Virus record (IMG/VR): IMGVR_UViG_3300038530_001857
Coordinates: 1 to 38,870 of that record
Length of the DNA stretch: 38,870 nucleotides
Direction: 5' to 3' (one strand)
From: a virus
Taxonomy: Duplodnaviria; Caudoviricetes
Shown here: positions 33,501-38,870 of the stretch, in pieces
Position numbering within the stretch: the first letter of the stretch is position 1
Layout of the letters: each line of letters begins with the position of its first letter
Position numbers and translations under genes: made by a program
The notes under the pieces: model-generated
Told to the model about the DNA's origin: nothing
The model's database searches: none
What the model saw: only the letters and a program-made list of their open reading frames with translations

Positions 33501-35317
33501 AAGAAATCACCGCCCGTGCTGCGTCCCATGCCGGCAGGCGTCTTTGCTAGAACAAGACGAATGTATTCACGCATCTGACGTTCAGTCAGCGTGTCCAGAG
33601 TTTGTTCGTCTGTGACCTTGAGGAAGTCACTCTCCTCGCCAAGCACAGACTTTATGTGGTTGAAGACACTGTTTTCGTTACGGCCACCAACACTTGTGCG
33701 AATCAGATCAAAGATCTCACGCTCTCGTGCTGAACCCTGCACGATGTTATATGTCGGATCCTCATAAGCAGCGTAACGCTGGCGCAGATAGCCGCCAACT
33801 TCGACGTTCTCTCGGATAGCCTGCATTAGTGCCTGACGACTGGGCCTTCCTGGGGCAGCGGTTTCAGGCAGCGCACGAACAGCACCTGTCTCAAGAAGTC
33901 GTTCCGACAGCCTGTCGATGATGCTGCGCGCTTCTTTGTAGGAATTGAAAAGCTCGTCAGGGATGTTAGCTGGGCGCTGTCCGGTTTCCAGTACCTCCAT
34001 GAAAGCGTTCAGAAGCGTCTGCTTGGTGACCGCAGTCTGCTGTTTCATCTCGTCCCGAGCGAGAAACTCATCTATCTTCTGTTCAACCTTCTTGAGCTTG
34101 CGGTCTGCTAGCTTTACGTCACCCTCAACTGCTGCGTTGACTAGCGAGTTGATGTTTGCAGCCGTTGGATCAAGAAACCCGCGATACCGTAAGTTAGCAA
34201 AGAGCCTGCCAAGAAGGTTGTCGAACGACTTGGTGGTGGTGCTAGGATCAAGAATCCTAGCTTCTTGCCGCAGAATCGCCTGTGTTGCCGCCTCTAATCC
34301 TGCTCGTGCTGCGGGCACTGTGCCCACAGAAACAAGATCAGCAACCGTGGTCCGGCGGGCGCGGTCCAAGAACGACTTGGGCGCCGCTGCGGAAACAGGC
34401 GTCGTGACTCCAAGAGTTTTTTCTATGATGTCTGAAGCAATCTCAACCGGTCGTGAAGCACCGGTCTTGGCGATCCCTTTCAACATTGCACCAACGACCG
34501 GAGGCAAAACTACTGTTGCCACACCAGCCTCTGCACCAAGAAGCAGGCGGTCACCGAGTTTTGCAGCAAGCACCTCGGTTGCCGTTTCACCGACCTTGTT
34601 TTCAGGAGCGTTGTCGTCATCACGAGTAAAGAAATCGTGCAGACCTTCGGTGTCCTCGGTGGACACAACAAAATCCACGACTGCTGCGCCGCCAGCCTGC
34701 TGCGCATTTAGAAGAAGTTTCTGTTTGCGAGATAGTGCAGAAGTACCAGTCCGTGCTCTGGTAAGACGATCTAGCCTGCCGAGCCTGGTTGTCTTGGATA
34801 CAGCACCCGCGCCCTTCACGCCGGGGACAACAAACTGTGTTACAACGGAGGCAATCTCTCCTGCCGTCCCTTCAGCCTGCATACCTGTTTCTTCACGAGC
34901 GGTTTCAAACGCCTCGTTCATCATTTCCGTCATGGGGAACGGCTGATCTGTCGGAACGCTTTCGCCGAAAAATCTTGTGTCTTCTGTAACCCTGAAGCCC
35001 TTGGAAGCTAGCTCCAACTCCTGCTTCATCATTACAAGGCCGAGGGTGCCTTGTAATGCTTTCGAAGCACCTTCAACAGCACCAGCGAAAATGTCGCCTG
35101 TGACGCCTCTGTCGGATCCGCGATCCCGAGGAGGACGGCGCCTGACCACTCCAGCGGTTTCGTCTAAAGACGGATCACCGCTGACACCCTGCTCTTGATT
35201 TGCAGCCTGTGTTGCGCGCCGCTGTTCAAGAATAGCTTCGATCTGATCGGTAGCTTGTTCCGCTGATAGGCCGTCTTCAAGCTCAAAGGTCTCACCTTCG
35301 TAATTCCATTTTGCCAT
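30569..35317 (-). CDS. Large internal virion/DNA ejection protein
   Basis: 1582 aa, mostly helical, last of four consecutive large genes, the position of T7 gp16-type ejection proteins; Pro-rich C-terminus. Confidence 0.7.
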   Translation of the reverse strand: MAKWNYEGETFELEDGLSAEQATDQIEAILEQRRATQAANQEQGVSGDPSLDETAGVVRRRPPRDRGSDRGVTGDIFAGAVEGASKALQGTLGLVMMKQELELASKGFRVTEDTRFFGESVPTDQPFPMTEMMNEAFETAREETGMQAEGTAGEIASVVTQFVVPGVKGAGAVSKTTRLGRLDRLTRARTGTSALSRKQKLLLNAQQAGGAAVVDFVVSTEDTEGLHDFFTRDDDNAPENKVGETATEVLAAKLGDRLLLGAEAGVATVVLPPVVGAMLKGIAKTGASRPVEIASDIIEKTLGVTTPVSAAAPKSFLDRARRTTVADLVSVGTVPAARAGLEAATQAILRQEARILDPSTTTKSFDNLLGRLFANLRYRGFLDPTAANINSLVNAAVEGDVKLADRKLKKVEQKIDEFLARDEMKQQTAVTKQTLLNAFMEVLETGQRPANIPDELFNSYKEARSIIDRLSERLLETGAVRALPETAAPGRPSRQALMQAIRENVEVGGYLRQRYAAYEDPTYNIVQGSAREREIFDLIRTSVGGRNENSVFNHIKSVLGEESDFLKVTDEQTLDTLTERQMREYIRLVLAKTPAGMGRSTGGDFFGRVPIRKLNTQLLNRRKVESPVLKEILGQVRNPRESYIATISDLSTFIATDSFYTRLRAIADADMADAVFRRGKYGEDFLNAAEREALAELRRTNPTATTADLGPKVDGRYINVPERVAARQDRLQQQLDEAAAQGASEGRIRQLQQEIDNAEEFVLTDLRTKGYHIIGRTDSSGNVIKKDPGQAESAFGAMHNIAVPNAMAASLNRTIITDDTLLGSFLRQTYGGLLKLKGISQFNKTILSPITQVRNVTSASMFALAQGNIGNGASLGQSVDLVLRDLINRKLLTADYRLTDEGLEYFVDLQQRGVIGSSAELRELQDNLRRGVDPGNLRVMEDHALVSDVATTGPRPNRLRVPGTKISVDVGSLDRQHRRNMTMQFLGKAADLYRAGDDVWKIYNYEFEASKLREAYTKMMRNAQDKTKGMNDSQTKQVMDATTERFKREIGQEGPGTVEEAIKGRAADIVRNNVPNYELVPQVIKDIRGLPIGNFIAFPAEIIRTGFNTLETSMKELASEDAAIREIGMRRLMSSLSTFYVAGPALRDISMNLTGMTPEQMEAVNATSAPYQRDSIFLSLGKNEKGNFEVLDFSHFNPFDMLIRPFEAVLNSLDESNKLQRGARDTVGKAAWAAFSEFFEPFLSESIALASLRDVLPTFAFGRGGETQTGAKVYRDVENLGKKIERSMIHLMNQMGPSNLDPFRVPVGADFSEIELSRLPRSLLAGRPEFGVSEREPSTGRTYAPEGELFRLFTGLSAQEVDPARVAKFKANEFKALRSEAATLFNDVVNRDFAGEQDYVNGYLAANEARLRVFRNFALQIKALRDLGLSKKQIRDILRKERIGKEELKALERGRYLPYSPSEAKLEEADEKNHDVPTRLLRILERELRRLSIDPEDPDPTPEGAFDTDRLSPRRDTKRKVITAPAPPTAPPPPPPPPATTTPPPATVNTSAASPVVGQISVEDLIQDPRTAQIARRRTMVG

Positions 35318-35321
35318 GTCA

Positions 35322-36989
35322 CTACTCTGGAGTTGCCATAGTCCGCTGTCCGGCCCTGTCCATAATTACATACGCGGTGCTCTGAAGAAGCAGTTCAATA
35401 TCTCCAGATTGATTTGGATCAAAGTTTTCCAAATCAACGGATTGACCATCTTCACCCTCGAACGCTGTAATCTTCTGGCCGCTATTGTCGTAGAAATCAA
35501 TGCCCGAGAGGTTCCCCGATTCCAAAATGGCCTCTATCATTATAGGGCTAGAGGTCGAGGCATTGGTGGCACGACCATATCCGATCAGTGCGTTTGCCTG
35601 ATCTTCAAGATTAGTGGGCAGGCTCATCTTTCCAACTTGTAACTGTGCCCTTCTAGCTGCTGCTGGACCGCTGTCCCCTAAATGGGCGTAGTCAAGCAAG
35701 CCTACACTCATTGTTTGGGCTGCTGAGTCTGCCGCTTGAACCAGATCGGTCAGCTTGGTGGTGCCTTTGCTCTTTACCCAACTGTCAAACAGATCCTTAC
35801 CATCTTCTGTCAGCATCCAGCTATTCGGATCCATGATATCAATCTTACCGCCGGGTGTTGCAGGTTCTACATAGCCCGGTGTCATCAGCATGCCGCGAAT
35901 AATCTCCGGCTGCTGACCTGCGTATGTGGCAGCAAGTGTCTGAGCAAACTGATCAGACTGAACGTCAATCTTCTCCCACTCACGATTCGCCTCGTTGACG
36001 TAACGGAAGAGATCGTTCTCCATCTTCGTGAACTGTGCTAGCTGATCTACTTTACGATACGCATCTTCACGCGCCTCACCGCGAATGCTCTCAGCAAGCT
36101 GGACTTTAAGCTGTGCAACTTGAATATCCACCGCACGGTTAGCTGTGTCCACAGACCGCTGGTCCTTCATCAGGTCCATCTTGGCCGATGCAATGGCGCG
36201 GTTGTCCTCGCGCTCCCGTTGGTTGATATCGCCAAGATCTTTGCCGAAGGACTCAACACCAAAGCTCAAGCCCCGTGCGAGATTGGTCAGCAGATATGGA
36301 CTTTCTCCAGCAGCGGTAGCAAGACCTGCTTTGATAAGAGACAGCCAGAAGGAAGTACGGCGGTCCTTGTCCGCAACCTCGGACGGCCCAAGCTCACCTT
36401 TCTTGTAGCCCAGCGACTCCATCGCCAAGTCTTCAAAGTCGGCAAGATTGTAGTCTTTCAAAGCTGGCGCCTCCTGGCCCATCTTTTCTTCCAAATCACT
36501 GTAAAGCTGATTGATCGACTTGCCGCCAATGATAGCGTCATTTCTGGATGGCACACCTTCCAGAATCTTATCCGTCGCCGCTTTCTGCTCGTTGAGGTTT
36601 TCAACCATGCCTTCAAGCATAGGAGCAGACCGTTGATCGACTTTGCCGAAGTCCTCTGGTTTCGACGGAGCAGCGGGCTTGGGCTTGGGCAGCACCTCAG
36701 AACCAAGACCACCTGCAACCTGATCCATGACAGCAGTTGTGTTATAAGAAGGCGGAAGTGCAGCAGCGGTGACCGGGGCAGGTGGTGCGGTGACCGCAGA
36801 CACCTGACGGCGCTGAACACCGAACATGTCAGGACCGACACCCGTCAGTGGACCTTGGACCGTGGCCGGTTGGAGCAAGTTTCGTTGTGCTGCTTCCATA
36901 AGCTGGGGGCTGGATGCAAGAATACCGGCTGGCTGACGAGAAACCCCCGGTACACGAAACATCGGGCGGCTAAGAGGACGACGTGCCAT
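35322..36989 (-). CDS. Putative internal virion/ejection protein
   Basis: 555 aa with a central hydrophobic Gly/Ala helix (FWLSLIKAGLATAAG) followed by coiled-coil. Confidence 0.6.
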   Translation of the reverse strand: MARRPLSRPMFRVPGVSRQPAGILASSPQLMEAAQRNLLQPATVQGPLTGVGPDMFGVQRRQVSAVTAPPAPVTAAALPPSYNTTAVMDQVAGGLGSEVLPKPKPAAPSKPEDFGKVDQRSAPMLEGMVENLNEQKAATDKILEGVPSRNDAIIGGKSINQLYSDLEEKMGQEAPALKDYNLADFEDLAMESLGYKKGELGPSEVADKDRRTSFWLSLIKAGLATAAGESPYLLTNLARGLSFGVESFGKDLGDINQREREDNRAIASAKMDLMKDQRSVDTANRAVDIQVAQLKVQLAESIRGEAREDAYRKVDQLAQFTKMENDLFRYVNEANREWEKIDVQSDQFAQTLAATYAGQQPEIIRGMLMTPGYVEPATPGGKIDIMDPNSWMLTEDGKDLFDSWVKSKGTTKLTDLVQAADSAAQTMSVGLLDYAHLGDSGPAAARRAQLQVGKMSLPTNLEDQANALIGYGRATNASTSSPIMIEAILESGNLSGIDFYDNSGQKITAFEGEDGQSVDLENFDPNQSGDIELLLQSTAYVIMDRAGQRTMATPE

Positions 36990-36991
36990 TT

Positions 36992-37876
36992 TTAAGCCCC
37001 CTGATTGAAGAAGCCAAGACCCTGCTGGGCCTGACCATAAGCACCTAGACCTGCAATACCTAGACCAAGAAGTTGCGACATCGGATTTGGCGGCGGCATT
37101 GTAGTCGTGGAGGTTGTCTGCTGTAAGGCCGGGACACCACGGAAAATGTCAGACAAGAAGCCAAGCTGCTGGAACGGAAGCTGCTGCTGGGCAAGCAGGT
37201 TCTGCTGTGCAATGTTGAGGCCGGTTTGATCCTGCTGCTGCTGTAGCCCGCCGATACCGAGGAGCGTGTTGATATCTTGAACACCTAGTGCGGAGCCAAG
37301 CTGACCGAGACCCGCAATACCTTGAGCCTGCGCTAGTTTTTGTCCCGCTGCTTGCTGCGCCAACTGACTTGCTTGCGAGAAGCCTGCGCTACGGAGACGC
37401 TCACCTGTTCGAGCCTGTTGCTCTAAGGTGTTTCTTCCAATTTCTCCCTGAAGGACCGCTGACCTAGACCCGCCGAAGGCTCCTTGATTCACAGCAGCAG
37501 CATCAGCCCTGCGACCTTGAATCTGCCCCTGACGACCGATGTCATCCTGCGCCCGTTGAACCACATCATCCAGATACGGATCCATGAAGTCTTTGTACGC
37601 ATCGGGTGACATAAGCGCAGCAGCATCGCTGATGGCGCCCTGTGCTTGCTCAAGGTACGGTTGATAGGCACCCACACCACTGAGAGCGGTAGATATAGCT
37701 TTCTGCTGACCTTCGGAAAGCTCTGCCTGCTCGGCAGGCGCAAACGGCATCGATAGACCAAGACCGCCTTGGTCTGTGGGCTTAAAGAGTCCCGTCGCCG
37801 AGGCTAGAAGATTCGCAAGGAAGTTCTCCTGAAAGGCAGGGAGCCGAGTTGTCGTTTCAACGCTTTGTGTAGCCAT
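36992..37876 (-). CDS. Putative DNA-transfer/pilot protein
   Basis: 294 aa, Q/A/G-rich, GAFGGSR motif, C-terminal Gly-rich hydrophobic segment (LLGLGIAGLGAYG). Confidence 0.6.
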   Translation of the reverse strand: MATQSVETTTRLPAFQENFLANLLASATGLFKPTDQGGLGLSMPFAPAEQAELSEGQQKAISTALSGVGAYQPYLEQAQGAISDAAALMSPDAYKDFMDPYLDDVVQRAQDDIGRQGQIQGRRADAAAVNQGAFGGSRSAVLQGEIGRNTLEQQARTGERLRSAGFSQASQLAQQAAGQKLAQAQGIAGLGQLGSALGVQDINTLLGIGGLQQQQDQTGLNIAQQNLLAQQQLPFQQLGFLSDIFRGVPALQQTTSTTTMPPPNPMSQLLGLGIAGLGAYGQAQQGLGFFNQGA

Positions 37877-38766
37877 TATGCCTGGGCCTCCAACTCGGCC
37901 ATCATATCATACATGCGGGCAGCGCCGATATCCCTATCTCCACCACCTGCACCAACCATAGCCTTTTCAGTTATAACAAACTCTCCGTCCGAAAGACGAG
38001 CCGGACCTTCGTAACTACCGTCTGCATTATAAATGCCGGCCATCACGGAATCACTTGTGCCGGTTCCCGGTCCTCTTATCTGCCCACCTGACGTGGGATT
38101 CAAAGACATTTGAGATAACTGCTTATCAGTGTAATTCTTCAAGGTATCGACCGAACCACCACTCTTATAATTAAAGTCAGAGATTTCGCGGCGGTAATCC
38201 GCCAAATCTTCTGGATCATTCAGTTGATACACATCACCAGTCTCACGCGACCGGGCTGTGAAGTCGAACAACTCACCCTCCGGGAAGGGGCGCTGCTCTC
38301 GTGCCTCTTCTTCTTCCTCTGTCATGCCAAGCAGACCAAGTGTGCCAAGACCCGCTGCTCCCAACGCTATTTTCTGGCCGGTGCTAAGATCGCCTAGTGC
38401 GCTCAGAATTCCGCCTCCTTGCTGCGCCTGCGCCGCCGCCACATCCTGCGCGATAATACTCGAGTCCATCATGTCAACCGGCACACCACCTTGGATCGCG
38501 GACACACTAGGAGTTACAGCGGCAGTTGCGGTCTGTGTGCCGCGAAGGAACGGTGTCGCGCCCATCTTACTTGCACCGTACCCAAGTGCTCCGCCAATGG
38601 CTGCGGTCTTCAACGCCTCTTCTACATCCTGCCCTGCGGCTAGCCCGCCGATGCCGGATCCGATAGCTGCGCCTATTGGTGTACCGGTAAGGCCAAAGCC
38701 AATCGTGCCGCCAATTATAGGGGCAGCACTTTTGAGGGCTTTTGTTATGTTTTTAAACAGTCCCAT
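37876..38766 (-). CDS. Putative membrane-inserting ejection protein
   Basis: 296 aa; N-terminal Gly-zipper helices; C-terminal GGQIRGPGTGTSDSV..ARLSDGEFV motif. Confidence 0.6.
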   Translation of the reverse strand: MGLFKNITKALKSAAPIIGGTIGFGLTGTPIGAAIGSGIGGLAAGQDVEEALKTAAIGGALGYGASKMGATPFLRGTQTATAAVTPSVSAIQGGVPVDMMDSSIIAQDVAAAQAQQGGGILSALGDLSTGQKIALGAAGLGTLGLLGMTEEEEEAREQRPFPEGELFDFTARSRETGDVYQLNDPEDLADYRREISDFNYKSGGSVDTLKNYTDKQLSQMSLNPTSGGQIRGPGTGTSDSVMAGIYNADGSYEGPARLSDGEFVITEKAMVGAGGGDRDIGAARMYDMMAELEAQA

Positions 38767-38870
38767 CAGGTCACCACTTTTACAGTACCGCTATCATTAT
38801 ACAGTGCGCCGTCTTCTAAGCTACTTATAGTTAGTGCATCATTATCTGATAATGTAACAGCGGTGTCGAG
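38766..38870 (-). CDS. 3' end of an upstream gene (probable tail-associated protein, truncated)
   Basis: Open frame from the window edge, LDTAVTLSDNDALTISSLEDGALYNDSGTVKVVT*, with a TGATG overlap into the next gene. Confidence 0.55.
   Translation of the reverse strand, partial: LDTAVTLSDNDALTISSLEDGALYNDSGTVKVVT

Noticed and set aside
33945-34946. 333-aa plus-strand ORF (also 36120-36995 and 38258-38830)
   Set aside because: Ser/Ala/Thr-rich or otherwise unnatural antisense frames of the large minus-strand virion genes.
1-38870. Prophage, diversity-generating retroelement, retron, intron or intein
   Set aside because: No integrase, att-flanked host genes or reverse transcriptase seen. The terL, polymerase and helicase genes are of normal length and uninterrupted.

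Overview
This window is most of the genome of a tailed dsDNA bacteriophage with podovirus-like organisation and moderately high GC. The host is probably a marine or aquatic proteobacterium (inference only). Three blocks are visible. (1) A minus-strand packaging/head operon at 1-11207 encodes terminase large subunit, a 1194-aa protein, small Gly-Gly-motif proteins, portal, two holin-like membrane proteins, GroES and a truncated scaffold-like protein. (2) A plus-strand early/replication arm at about 11500-30075 carries many small ORFs, a GP88-like protein, two HNH nucleases, SNF2 helicase, SSB-like protein, primase, UvrD-like helicase and a family A DNA polymerase with Leu at the 762 position. 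The terminase small subunit and two PD-(D/E)XK nucleases lie on the minus strand inside this arm. (3) A minus-strand block at 30011-38870 encodes probable internal-virion/ejection proteins and a T4-type lysozyme. Major capsid and tail genes probably lie outside the window, joining the two ends. I saw no integrase, tRNA, CRISPR array or reverse transcriptase. The most unusual signals are: a thrice-repeated leftward promoter plus conserved RNA-like hairpin (CAACACG loop) between terS and terL; a shared C-terminal peptide tag (GGxFxG[IV][FY] and xxGGxV) on otherwise unrelated late proteins; a ~190-nt heavily base-paired, probably bistable intergenic RNA at 19637-19835; a TGGGA operator motif shared by the early promoters; and an inverted iteron array at 15470-15560. 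All product calls come from motif recognition by eye, not from database searches.
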